Shown: positions 19,956-29,276, numbered from the stretch's first letter. The stretch is DNA of 64,000 nt from a virus (IMGVR_UViG_2974541498_000001:1-64000); one strand, 5' to 3'. The notes: generated by a model from the letters alone, not told the origin. Numbers and translations: made by a program.

Positions 19956-20499
19956 ATTTCTAAAAAAATCCTTGACAATTCTATAATAGTATGGTATTAT
20001 TAAAATATAGAAAGGAGGAAGAAAATAGAATATTGATTCAAGGTTACATAGTCGAAGCCTAAACTAGATATATTTAGAGTAGAATAGAATATTTTAAAAA
20101 AAGGGTATAGACTTCCCTAATCATATCTGGTTACGGTTTGACCATTTACCGGACTTCTCTTACTTATCTATAATCCTATTATAGCATTCTATTAAAAGGT
20201 TGTCAATAGATATTCTATAAATAAAGTCCTTTACAATTCTATTATATGATGTTATACTATAACCATAGATAAGGGTGATCCTTTTAAACGCCTTTAAAAG
20301 CATTATCTGAACACTTTAATAATATTAGGTATAATTATACTGGATAATATTAAAAAGGTGTTGACGGTACTCTTAGATAGGTTTAAAATAGGTTTATAAG
20401 GTTGATAAGGAATAACCGAATTACAAGCGGTAAAATACTTATTGACACTTATTAAAGAAAATGATATAATAGATTCATAGATAAGAAAGGGAGATTAAT

Positions 20500-20739
20500 A
20501 TGCTAGAACTTAAAACAAACGACTTATCAGGATTATTTATTCTAACCGGTAAAGAATTGATTACAGAAGCCAAGGTGGATTATGATGCTTTTAGTGATAA
20601 GACTACTCCTTTTTCTAGCTGGTTCCCTAATGATTTTATTAAACCAGACAAGGTATATTCTTGTAACTCTACTCTTGACGATATTGAACAGATTAATATT
20701 CGGAGTAATAGTATTAAAAAACTTACTATTAAACCTTGA
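20500..20739 (+). CDS. hypothetical early protein
   Basis: Promoter and leader. Confidence 0.8.
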   Translation: MLELKTNDLSGLFILTGKELITEAKVDYDAFSDKTTPFSSWFPNDFIKPDKVYSCNSTLDDIEQINIRSNSIKKLTIKP

Positions 20740-20796
20740 CAGTCCTATTATAGAATGTTATTATTAAAACATAGATAAGGAAAGGAAGTATATAAA

Positions 20797-20916
20797 ATGA
20801 GCATTAATTTAGGTTTCTTATTAATTAGTTTACTTGCTTCATGGAAGTTTATTGATATTCTATGGTGGGCCTTATCTGCTGATTGGAAAAATATTCTAAA
20901 TGATTGGTTTAAATAA
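20797..20916 (+). CDS. 39-aa Trp-rich membrane peptide (not in ORF track)
   Basis: Promoter and leader; MSINLGFLLISLLASWKFIDILWWALSADWKNILNDWFK. Confidence 0.75.
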   Translation: MSINLGFLLISLLASWKFIDILWWALSADWKNILNDWFK

Positions 20917-20981
20917 ACGGTTGACAATTATTAAAAAACATTATATAATAGATTCATAGATAAGGAAAGGAAGTTTTAAAA

Positions 20982-21266
20982 ATGACTGAATTAAACAAAC
21001 GAGTAGAAAAGTTACTTAACGGCGAGGTATTCGAACAGCGGGCAAGTGTTTATATTGAAGAAATTGACGATTATGCAATAGCTTATTACTCTATCCAAAT
21101 TGTAGACCCAGAAGGATTAGCTGACGACTTGGGTTTAACTGATGAACTTAATCAGTTAGCCAAAGAACATTCTAAAGATACCGACTTATCTGATGGCGTT
21201 TGGGACACGGTAAGCGACCAGCTAGCTAGCCATCCCTATGATGAACCGCTTTCTGGTGTTGTCTAG
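20982..21266 (+). CDS. early protein, terminal-repeat paralog family
   Basis: Promoter and leader. Confidence 0.8.
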   Translation: MTELNKRVEKLLNGEVFEQRASVYIEEIDDYAIAYYSIQIVDPEGLADDLGLTDELNQLAKEHSKDTDLSDGVWDTVSDQLASHPYDEPLSGVV

Positions 21267-21339
21267 TGCGAGTAATCATTGACAAATAATAAAAACAATT
21301 ATATAATAGGTTCATAGATAAGAAAAGGAGATTTTTATA

Positions 21340-21627
21340 ATGACTAATAGAAGCATTAAAGCATATTTCTATAACGGCTTTAAAGAACCCGAATTAATCG
21401 CTACAGATATTAAGGGATTAAAGAATACCATTATTTATGATAATTATACCGGGGATGCTTCAAAGGATTTATTAGAAGATATTAATAGTTGCACTAGTAT
21501 GGACGACTTAAAAGAAGAACTTGTGGACTATGATATTTATATTAATCCAACTAAACAGGATTTTATCGAAGCCAATAAAGCATGGTTTGAACCGGACGGT
21601 TTAGAAAACTATCTGGAAAACTGGTAA
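21340..21627 (+). CDS. acidic early protein
   Basis: Promoter and leader. Confidence 0.8.
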   Translation: MTNRSIKAYFYNGFKEPELIATDIKGLKNTIIYDNYTGDASKDLLEDINSCTSMDDLKEELVDYDIYINPTKQDFIEANKAWFEPDGLENYLENW

Positions 21628-21638
21628 GGAGTTTTATA

Positions 21639-21860
21639 ATGAATGAATTAGTTAGTATTATTCAGCACGGTAGCTGGTATCAAGTGGCCTTTTATTGCAC
21701 GAATGAGAACGGTGGTACTTATCTATCTACGATAACTATTCAAGGTCTTAAAAAGCTCCGCGTAGCTTATAAGCGGTTTAATATTAAGCACACGCCGGGT
21801 TATCCTTGTATGCTATCCGAAGCCATTCCATTAGAATTACTACAATCATTAGGGCTATGA
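21639..21860 (+). CDS. hypothetical early protein
   Basis: AAGGAG RBS; terminator agggcta-tga-tagccct-T run. Confidence 0.75.
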   Translation: MNELVSIIQHGSWYQVAFYCTNENGGTYLSTITIQGLKKLRVAYKRFNIKHTPGYPCMLSEAIPLELLQSLGL

Positions 21861-22382
21861 TAGCCCTTTTTTATTGTCTTATTTTAAAGCTTATTATTAC
21901 CACTAGAAAGCTTCATACAGCCATTATATAGGATCATTAGTATACTTATATAGCCAGACACTAGATAGCTTTATACAGCTATTATATGCGTCTATTATGC
22001 TATCCTATTGCTGGCTTTATTTATTATATTAATAGAATGATTATATCGTGATTAATTCGCCAACTATTATCGATTATATTCGCATTCTATAAACCTTTTT
22101 ATTATTACTTTTATTATTCTATAAATGGCTACCCTATTAAAAGGTGGTAGGCCCACAATATGAAAGGGGTATACCCCCCACACCCTATTTGGCCATACAC
22201 CCCCTACCTTATATACCCTATACCTCTTTTCTACTACAGGTTCATATTTTTCACTTAAAAATTCCACCAAAATATTTTTTCATAAAATAGCTTACCCCCA
22301 CCCTATCAAAATTTAATATTACCCCCACCTTTAAATATAAGAAAAGGGACCCCCTAAAGATCCCCAATAAATATTACTCTTT

Positions 22383-22541
22383 CTAAATAAGCTTTTTATA
22401 AATAGCCAAAGCATAATCTCCATCATCATCAATATTATATTTAATATCAATCAGCTCAATACTCCATTTATCTTTAAGCCAAGTATTAATAGCTTCTTCT
22501 AAGTCTTGATTCTGAGTATTAAAAAGTTTAACTTGATACAT
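22383..22541 (-). CDS. Cse60/DUF2758-like small protein (not in ORF track)
   Basis: MYQVKLFNTQNQDLEEAINTWL...LIDIKY...ALAIYK; GGAGG RBS. Confidence 0.65.
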   Translation of the reverse strand: MYQVKLFNTQNQDLEEAINTWLKDKWSIELIDIKYNIDDDGDYALAIYKKLI

Positions 22542-23026
22542 TAGCGTAATCCCTCCTCTAACCAGATAGTATCAGCAATTTCCTTATTAACATTTTTATC
22601 TGGGGTAATAAAATAAGCGACTAGCTTAATATAACCAGCATCATAGTTATCAAAAGACCCATACTTACCATATATCGGATATAAACCAATACTTATATCT
22701 TTAGTTAAGTAGATACCCTTTTTATAATCAATAGTATTGATTCTACTGGAAATATTAAAATAATTAGCGATTCGAGAAAGGTCCATTTTAGATAATCTTT
22801 TATTATCTTTATCAGGATATAGAATATCTAATAACTTTTTATTATCCAAAAGAGTGTACCCCTTTTCCCCGAAATTAGATACTTCTTTTAATAGATATTG
22901 CTTTAGCTGATACTTAACATGCTTATCATAAGCTTCATCTAAATTTATTTGCTTCCTATAGTGATTAATCGTGGCATAAAGTAGTTCTTTATTATTCCTA
23001 ACAATATCCTCTATCTTACTCATCAT
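22541..23026 (-). CDS. hypothetical protein, paralog of 23016-23525
   Basis: Shared 'G.KGY...D.KKLL..LYP'. Confidence 0.75.
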   Translation of the reverse strand: MMSKIEDIVRNNKELLYATINHYRKQINLDEAYDKHVKYQLKQYLLKEVSNFGEKGYTLLDNKKLLDILYPDKDNKRLSKMDLSRIANYFNISSRINTIDYKKGIYLTKDISIGLYPIYGKYGSFDNYDAGYIKLVAYFITPDKNVNKEIADTIWLEEGLR

Positions 23027-23525
23027 TATCCTCCTTACACTGGCTGTCTATCATAGCATAAGAAACGTCTTTAAAAATTTTCTTATTAATATCCTCATAA
23101 TCAGTAACTATGAATATACCTATCTTTTCTGTAGGTTCTTTTAAAGTAGGTATTTCTAGAGGTTCCCAAGAAGAATGTCGATTAACCTCTATTGGATAAA
23201 TCATGATTTTGATATATACTCCCGAATCTATATCAATACAGTCAGTGATGTATACTGACTTTTCTGAGTAACCAGTAAGAAAGCTACTATGATAAGATGT
23301 ATTTAAAGTATTTTTAATTTTCTCATCATCAATTCCTTGTACTAGCTTTTCTCTAGTAGGAGAATAGGGGTAAAGCGTTGATAATAACTTCTTATCATCA
23401 AAAATAGCATATCCTTTATCTCCAGATTTTTCAAGTTCAAATAGAAAGAAGGATCGTAGCTTACCTTCAATATCAATTTCTGATCTATACTTTTTAATAA
23501 CCCGATTTAAAATATTATCTTTCAT
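23016..23525 (-). CDS. hypothetical protein, paralog of 22541-23026
   Basis: Shared motif; RBS. Confidence 0.75.
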   Translation of the reverse strand: MKDNILNRVIKKYRSEIDIEGKLRSFFLFELEKSGDKGYAIFDDKKLLSTLYPYSPTREKLVQGIDDEKIKNTLNTSYHSSFLTGYSEKSVYITDCIDIDSGVYIKIMIYPIEVNRHSSWEPLEIPTLKEPTEKIGIFIVTDYEDINKKIFKDVSYAMIDSQCKEDNDE

Positions 23526-23536
23526 AGCTAACTCCT

Positions 23537-23851
23537 TTATGCGTTAAAGTCCTCATCTGGATCAAGCTCTAGACAAATATAATCATCCTGAATATATGCT
23601 TTAAGGCCATTATCATCTAAAACAAATAACCTATCAGTAATTTCCTTAAACTCTTCCCAATCACTATCATTAACAAAGACTAATAGCTTATCTGATTCCC
23701 AACGCCATTCACTAACAATATCCTTAGCAACAAGCTTATCTAATTTATTTTCAATATCTTTATACATATTTGGTTCATCCTTTCTAATATCTAAAGCGTT
23801 AATAAAGTCATTAACTGATTTATCATCAATGTTCCCTACATGAATGCTCAT
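23537..23851 (-). CDS. hypothetical protein
   Basis: GGAGG RBS before ATG23851. Confidence 0.7.
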   Translation of the reverse strand: MSIHVGNIDDKSVNDFINALDIRKDEPNMYKDIENKLDKLVAKDIVSEWRWESDKLLVFVNDSDWEEFKEITDRLFVLDDNGLKAYIQDDYICLELDPDEDFNA

Positions 23852-24393
23852 CAAGGTTTCCTCCCAAATAACTTTCTCTTCGGAATAACATATAAGGATA
23901 CTCCAGAACTTCCTATCCAAAGACAATCCCCACAGGGAGTTTCTCCCGGAAAATAGCTTGCCTTTACCTTATAATTATATCCTTTAAGGACTTCTTTGAA
24001 GAATTTTATCATATCATCATTGCTTACATAGGTCAAATCCAATAATAGTTGCTTAGTATTAACCTTTATTTTGCTTTTATGATTTACTATGGTATCCCGC
24101 ATAGTTTTTGGATTAAAAGTAATAGCCTTATCCACAACAATATCCGGATCATCATAATCCTTTTTAATATTATATAGTAAGAACCCATTATCAAAATATA
24201 ATGTCTCTAAGGTTCTAAGGGCTTTTTCATCCTTATACTTAAGAGGATTATCTCTAACAGACTTCAAAACATTTCTTTGGAAATTCTCTACTAACACGAT
24301 AATAAACTTTCTAATTTCTGGAGTTAATTCTGACTTATACTCCTTATTAATAACATCTTTATTTATCCTATGAATATCAACTGCTGTTTTCAT
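23851..24393 (-). CDS. hypothetical protein
   Basis: AAGGAGG RBS before ATG24393. Confidence 0.75.
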   Translation of the reverse strand: MKTAVDIHRINKDVINKEYKSELTPEIRKFIIVLVENFQRNVLKSVRDNPLKYKDEKALRTLETLYFDNGFLLYNIKKDYDDPDIVVDKAITFNPKTMRDTIVNHKSKIKVNTKQLLLDLTYVSNDDMIKFFKEVLKGYNYKVKASYFPGETPCGDCLWIGSSGVSLYVIPKRKLFGRKP

Positions 24394-24406
24394 ATTAAAC
24401 CCTCCT

Positions 24407-24742
24407 TTATCTAAGCACAATATAATATTCTATATGTTTTCCATCAGGGCTACGTTTAATATTAAAATCAATTCCCCATTTTGTAATACTACGATAAAGT
24501 CCTCCCGGCTGTGGCGATCCATTCTTTAACTTAAAGACATGGGTAGATACATCAAAATAATAAACTCTATCAATAGGGGGATCTAGGTCAATGCTTCCAG
24601 AAGTTTCTTTCGTTTCATTATAAATACTCATTATATTAGTTAGCAAATTTAGCATAATCTTCTTTTGTTGCTTAGTATATAATCTACGGTTACTCTTAAT
24701 AGTATGTTTTGCTTTAATCGCCATACAATACTCTTTAATCAT
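24407..24742 (-). CDS. hypothetical protein
   Basis: Operon gene. Confidence 0.65.
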   Translation of the reverse strand: MIKEYCMAIKAKHTIKSNRRLYTKQQKKIMLNLLTNIMSIYNETKETSGSIDLDPPIDRVYYFDVSTHVFKLKNGSPQPGGLYRSITKWGIDFNIKRSPDGKHIEYYIVLR

Positions 24743-25548
24743 GATTTAAACACCTTTAAAATCCTTTCCCATACGCTAACTTTTTTATAAGGGTTAGTAG
24801 TCTTATTACTATTATCAATATCTTCTTGTTTCTTACCCTTATCAAAATAAGGCTTATTAAGTTCCTCTAGCTTACTACTAATGTCCTCACAATCTTCTTT
24901 TCTAAGGAAGGAAGATAATTTTTTTAACCCCCACTTGTTTGTTAATACCAACGTATTTATGTCAGGGTCAAAATAAATGCTATGGGTAATAATATCATTA
25001 GACATTAAATGTGCATAAATTAAACTAGTTTGATTATTATCTAAAGCATCCTTTAAATTATTTGTAATTCCTTTTGTATCAAGTTCATAGACTTTACAAG
25101 TATGTTCAGATACTTTATGCGTATATTCGGATATTCCAAATAAATTATTGTTAACACATATTTTTAAATAGAAATCAATTAGCTCCTTTGGAGGATTATC
25201 AACTTTACTAAATAGTCTAGTAAATAGGTCCCAATCCTTTTGATTAGATGAGAATATACTAGCAGGCAACTTATCTTCAATAATAATGAACACTTTTAAA
25301 TAACCCTTTGGATTAACATAAGGAATGAACTTATTAAACCATACCAATAGCTCTTCTCTACTCCACCTTTTATCTAAGCATAAGGCAATAGTAGCAACCC
25401 TTGGAGTAATACTTTTATCTGGAAGTTCTTTAATAATATCTAAAGTAACCTTATCAGAATAAATTACTTTCAATAGATCTTCTTCTGTTGGATTATCAAT
25501 AAGGGCAATTAGCCCTGGTGTTGTCTCTAAGCTACTTTCTTTAACCAT
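24739..25548 (-). CDS. hypothetical protein, tandem paralog of 25570-26322
   Basis: Shared 'PGLIALIDNPTEEDLL.VIYS...ITP.VATIALCL'. Confidence 0.8.
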   Translation of the reverse strand: MVKESSLETTPGLIALIDNPTEEDLLKVIYSDKVTLDIIKELPDKSITPRVATIALCLDKRWSREELLVWFNKFIPYVNPKGYLKVFIIIEDKLPASIFSSNQKDWDLFTRLFSKVDNPPKELIDFYLKICVNNNLFGISEYTHKVSEHTCKVYELDTKGITNNLKDALDNNQTSLIYAHLMSNDIITHSIYFDPDINTLVLTNKWGLKKLSSFLRKEDCEDISSKLEELNKPYFDKGKKQEDIDNSNKTTNPYKKVSVWERILKVFKS

Positions 25549-25569
25549 GATATTCCTCCTATACTAATA

Positions 25570-26322
25570 TCACAAAATATTCTGCCACCAATGCTTATTT
25601 TCAATAGCATCCTTTATAGGTGCTTCTTCATATTTTTTATAATCTTCCATCTTTTTTTCATATACAGCTATCCGCGATTTACCTTCTTTATAAATTATTT
25701 TGTTGGTAATAAAGCATTCCCAATCTTTATACACCAAGGGTAAATTACCGGTATTGCTAGGTATATAGTACAGTGTATCTGTATTAACAGTATCCTTAAA
25801 AGTATCGATAACCTGCCTCTGCTGAGCATCATTTAGTTTACCTTTAAGGTTATTTGTTAGTGCAGAGTCAATAATACGATACCTATTAACAGCATTACAA
25901 TGGTTGTCCTCGATACCTAAATACCCCCAAAAAATGCAAACAGATAAGTAGAAATCAATAAGCTCATCACTAGGGTGAGGATTCTGACTAAACAATTTTA
26001 TAAATAAAGGAATATCCTTGCCCGTCCACTTACTACTAGGCAAATTACTATGGATAGCTTTAAAAATTTTTAACTGATCCTCTGAACTTGTTAAGGGGAA
26101 AAACTTATCAAACCAAGTATTTAAACTTTCTTCACTCCATTTTTTCGTTAAGCATAAAGCAATAGTTGCTACTTTAGGGGTGATGCATTCATCAGGTAAG
26201 TCCCTAATGATGCTGTCTAGAGTATTCTTAGAATAAATAACGTTTAATAAGTCTTCTTCCGTTGGGTTATCAATCAATGCAATTAATCCGGGGTTTCCTA
26301 GTAGTTGACTACTAATACTCAT
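25570..26322 (-). CDS. hypothetical protein, tandem paralog of 24739-25548
   Basis: Shared N-terminal motif. Confidence 0.8.
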   Translation of the reverse strand: MSISSQLLGNPGLIALIDNPTEEDLLNVIYSKNTLDSIIRDLPDECITPKVATIALCLTKKWSEESLNTWFDKFFPLTSSEDQLKIFKAIHSNLPSSKWTGKDIPLFIKLFSQNPHPSDELIDFYLSVCIFWGYLGIEDNHCNAVNRYRIIDSALTNNLKGKLNDAQQRQVIDTFKDTVNTDTLYYIPSNTGNLPLVYKDWECFITNKIIYKEGKSRIAVYEKKMEDYKKYEEAPIKDAIENKHWWQNIL

Positions 26323-26541
26323 AATTCCATCTCCTTATTCTTGTTTTAATTATAACATACTAAAAAAGGGATTGCAATCCCTTTTAATAGTGACTTAGTT
26401 CGTAAGTAGAATTTACTACTTTATAATTAGTATCAACACCTGATTTACTATTTAAATAATTACATAATGACTGCGCATCATAGAAGTTTTCTAAACTTTT
26501 ACAAAAATAGTTTTCTGCCTTTAGTTTACTACCAGTCACTC

Positions 26542-26919
26542 TTACAATATCAAACATTCGGCTTCATCCCCCATATTAGTAGCATAGATAATATCCTTTA
26601 AACTAAATAACGAGTCCGACCCGTTAGTAGCATCGGTTAACTTTAAATAAAGCTCAATCATATGCTTAGAAGATCTATCAAATTCTAAGCTAAATTCTGG
26701 AGTATACCCAATATCATTAAAAGCCTTCTCAACTTCCTTGTAAGAATGCCCTAAATATTCCATCCCAAGAATAGTAGCTTTCTCACCATTAGTTTTAATA
26801 ACTAAGTTGATTCCAAGATGATTTAATGTTCTTGCTGAAACTTTACCATACTCTTTACTCATGTCAATAATACTTTTAATTTTATGATTAAAATCTGCAA
26901 CAGAGAAATCATTCATCAT
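26542..26919 (-). CDS. hypothetical protein
   Basis: AAAGGA RBS before ATG26919. Confidence 0.7.
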   Translation of the reverse strand: MMNDFSVADFNHKIKSIIDMSKEYGKVSARTLNHLGINLVIKTNGEKATILGMEYLGHSYKEVEKAFNDIGYTPEFSLEFDRSSKHMIELYLKLTDATNGSDSLFSLKDIIYATNMGDEAECLIL

Positions 26920-27093
26920 TATTTCAATCCTTTCTATCAATAACAAATTTATCAAAGATATTAGTGAATTTAGTATAATCCAATAAATCTTTATCCATTT
27001 TATTACTATCCTTTAAATATATGTTATCATCGTAATACTTAGATAACATCCTTAATCTCATACTTTCCATAGACTGATGAAACTTTCTACTAA

Positions 27094-27525
27094 TCATTCA
27101 TTAAGTCTTTCTAACAGCTTAGGAGTCTCATTAATATTACCAACTATTTCTACTTTATTTCCCCATAGATTTCGATTATAATCTTCTGGATAACCAAATA
27201 ACAAATTATCTGTGAAAATATCATCCATAATTTTACCTGATAACTGGAAAGAGCCATATTTAAAGTAAACTTTAGCTAACCCTGTATAATCTTCATTTCC
27301 TGAATAGAATACTTTAACAATATCGCCTTCAAATACTTGGTTTCCCCATTTATCAGTATACCCGGATGACTGCTCTAACTTATAGTCTTCTCGATTGTCT
27401 TCATACTTCATTTCTCCGGAATCCTCAATATTCCACCAAATATGTGATCCATCTAAGCCCATTACCACATCCTTAATATCAACATACATAGAATTAATTT
27501 TATCCCATAATCTATAGATATTCAT
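27094..27525 (-). CDS. YopX family protein
   Basis: 'YRLWDK...QSSGYTDKWGNQVFEGDIV...EIVGNINETPKLLE'. Confidence 0.85.
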   Translation of the reverse strand: MNIYRLWDKINSMYVDIKDVVMGLDGSHIWWNIEDSGEMKYEDNREDYKLEQSSGYTDKWGNQVFEGDIVKVFYSGNEDYTGLAKVYFKYGSFQLSGKIMDDIFTDNLLFGYPEDYNRNLWGNKVEIVGNINETPKLLERLNE

Positions 27526-27752
27526 CTATCTTCTCCTTTTATTTTATAGCCAATAAGCCAAGCTTTCGCGAACGTATCCGAATTCTTACTAATATACTTT
27601 GATATGGCTTCATTAGGATATCCATAAGAAAGGGCATCAAGAAAAATATCAGCTAAATTGTCTTTTGTTTTACAATCCTCATTAAATCTATGCTTATCCT
27701 TAATAAAATTCGAAATATATTTAGGAATTTCTGGTAAGTCGCTGCTAACCAT
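27522..27752 (-). CDS. DUF1642-like protein
   Basis: 'PEIPKYISNFIK...FAKAWLIGYKIK'. Confidence 0.7.
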   Translation of the reverse strand: MVSSDLPEIPKYISNFIKDKHRFNEDCKTKDNLADIFLDALSYGYPNEAISKYISKNSDTFAKAWLIGYKIKGEDR

Positions 27753-27753
27753 A

Positions 27754-28248
27754 TTATTCTCCCTCAACAAAAAATTCTGTAAACTTATTAGCAAATTCCT
27801 CGTTAGTTAGAGGAGCCATAATACGGCCATCCTTCTTATAAACCCATTCAGATGGTTTTATATAGTAGCCCCGCACAGGATCATCTTTCCCTAAAGTTAG
27901 ATAATCATAGTCCTCGTGAGAATCAGCAACCTTGATAATAGAATGTTCAAATATAGTATCCTGAGTACCATCATATTGGGCTACTTCGAATTTAGTTTTA
28001 TGATGTTCATCCCCTATAGTTAGCTCAGCAGAAACTTTTACCCAACGGGGGTCCAGAATGTAGCCCTCTGTTAAGTCTTCATATTTATTGGCATTAAAAA
28101 AGAATAATCCAAGGGTAACACCTTCAATAGAATAACCATCACCAATAGAGGTAATAAGCGCGATTTCATCCATGTCCTTATTATAAAAGACATCCCCTAC
28201 ATTTATATCGATGCCTTTATCAATAGTTACTTTATTAGTTATTTTCAT
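27754..28248 (-). CDS. hypothetical protein (VGD..AEL family plus extra domain)
   Basis: 'INVGDVF...WVKVSAELTIG'. Confidence 0.7.
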   Translation of the reverse strand: MKITNKVTIDKGIDINVGDVFYNKDMDEIALITSIGDGYSIEGVTLGLFFFNANKYEDLTEGYILDPRWVKVSAELTIGDEHHKTKFEVAQYDGTQDTIFEHSIIKVADSHEDYDYLTLGKDDPVRGYYIKPSEWVYKKDGRIMAPLTNEEFANKFTEFFVEGE

Positions 28249-28855
28249 TATTTAGCCCCTTTTCAAACTCTTCAAATCGGTTAAGATACTCTTTAGCTTT
28301 GTCAATATCCTCGATACCATTCTTATTATTCTCACGAACAACATACTTAATAATATTCATTTTCATGGCACCTCTAAATTCTTCGGGGGTAAGAATATCC
28401 TTTAAATGCCATAATAAGTCATGATCGCCATTCTTATAATGGTCTGGTTCAATTGCATCGTGTCGGTAGCTATCTTCTGGCTTATCATTAAGAAGGGTAA
28501 AGGAGAAGGCTTGATAAGGATGATCGGCATCCCCAACAACACATACTACCAAATTATATCTAGAAATTCCATTAATTTTTTCCCCTTGATATACCCCCAT
28601 TAGAATGTCTTCAGAAGATAATGACTTCATAATATTAGGGATTTCTTTCACATTTTTATGGTATACCCCAACTTCCATTACCCAGTCATTAGTTAATGCA
28701 GGTAGAACCAACCTACCCTTCTTACCTTTACCCGCCTTATTACCTTTACCTGTAAGATAATTAAGAAAATAAGACTTATTCTGATAATCCCCTTTGACTG
28801 GAGTAACATATGCATTTTCAAAATTACCATCTAAATCCTTTAATGTAAATCCCAT
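28235..28855 (-). CDS. protein with C-terminal DUF3310 (T7 gp1.7-like) domain
   Basis: 'PDHY...GAMKMNIIKYVVRENNKNGIEDIDKAKEYL'. Confidence 0.75.
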   Translation of the reverse strand: MGFTLKDLDGNFENAYVTPVKGDYQNKSYFLNYLTGKGNKAGKGKKGRLVLPALTNDWVMEVGVYHKNVKEIPNIMKSLSSEDILMGVYQGEKINGISRYNLVVCVVGDADHPYQAFSFTLLNDKPEDSYRHDAIEPDHYKNGDHDLLWHLKDILTPEEFRGAMKMNIIKYVVRENNKNGIEDIDKAKEYLNRFEEFEKGLNNENN

Positions 28856-28865
28856 AATAATCCTC

Positions 28866-29276
28866 CTAATTAATATCTTTTAATTTTTCTAAAACAGTTT
28901 TCTTATCTTCTAAACTCAATGAATAGAAAAGGTTTTTAATACGGTCTAATTGTCGTTCAACAGCTCTATCTACTTTCTTCTCTTCCTTGACCTCTTTATT
29001 ATATTTAATATTCCAATGCTTGTCTGGGTGATACTTATTACGCATATCCCCTATAACAGCATCAACCCAAGCGCTACGACCTACGTTATCTACTAAAGGG
29101 AATTTCCCTTTTCTTAAAAGTTTTGTACTAGAATCATCATCTAAATAAATATATTTAGAAGTAACTTTAGAAACTGTTACTGCTTCACCTAGAACATAAC
29201 TATCGGTATTATAATCATATTTGAATTGATATAGAATATCTTGTGGAGCAACTTCTCTAACTTTCAAAATTAACAT
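28866..29276 (-). CDS. hypothetical protein
   Basis: ORF track. Confidence 0.65.
   Translation of the reverse strand: MLILKVREVAPQDILYQFKYDYNTDSYVLGEAVTVSKVTSKYIYLDDDSSTKLLRKGKFPLVDNVGRSAWVDAVIGDMRNKYHPDKHWNIKYNKEVKEEKKVDRAVERQLDRIKNLFYSLSLEDKKTVLEKLKDIN

Larger units (their letters stand above)
15540..22370 (+). other. probable long terminal repeat / host-takeover region (boundaries approximate)
   Basis: Short genes each with its own consensus promoter; long non-coding flanks; strand switch at the right end. Confidence 0.55.

Noticed and set aside
20270-20282. Type I-E CRISPR repeat handle (GGTGATCC) as an RNA anti-CRISPR
   Set aside because: Only an 8-nt match, with no repeat hairpin
22067-22270. 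67-aa ORF on the - strand
   Set aside because: No RBS; runs through low-complexity C/G tracts in the probable terminus region
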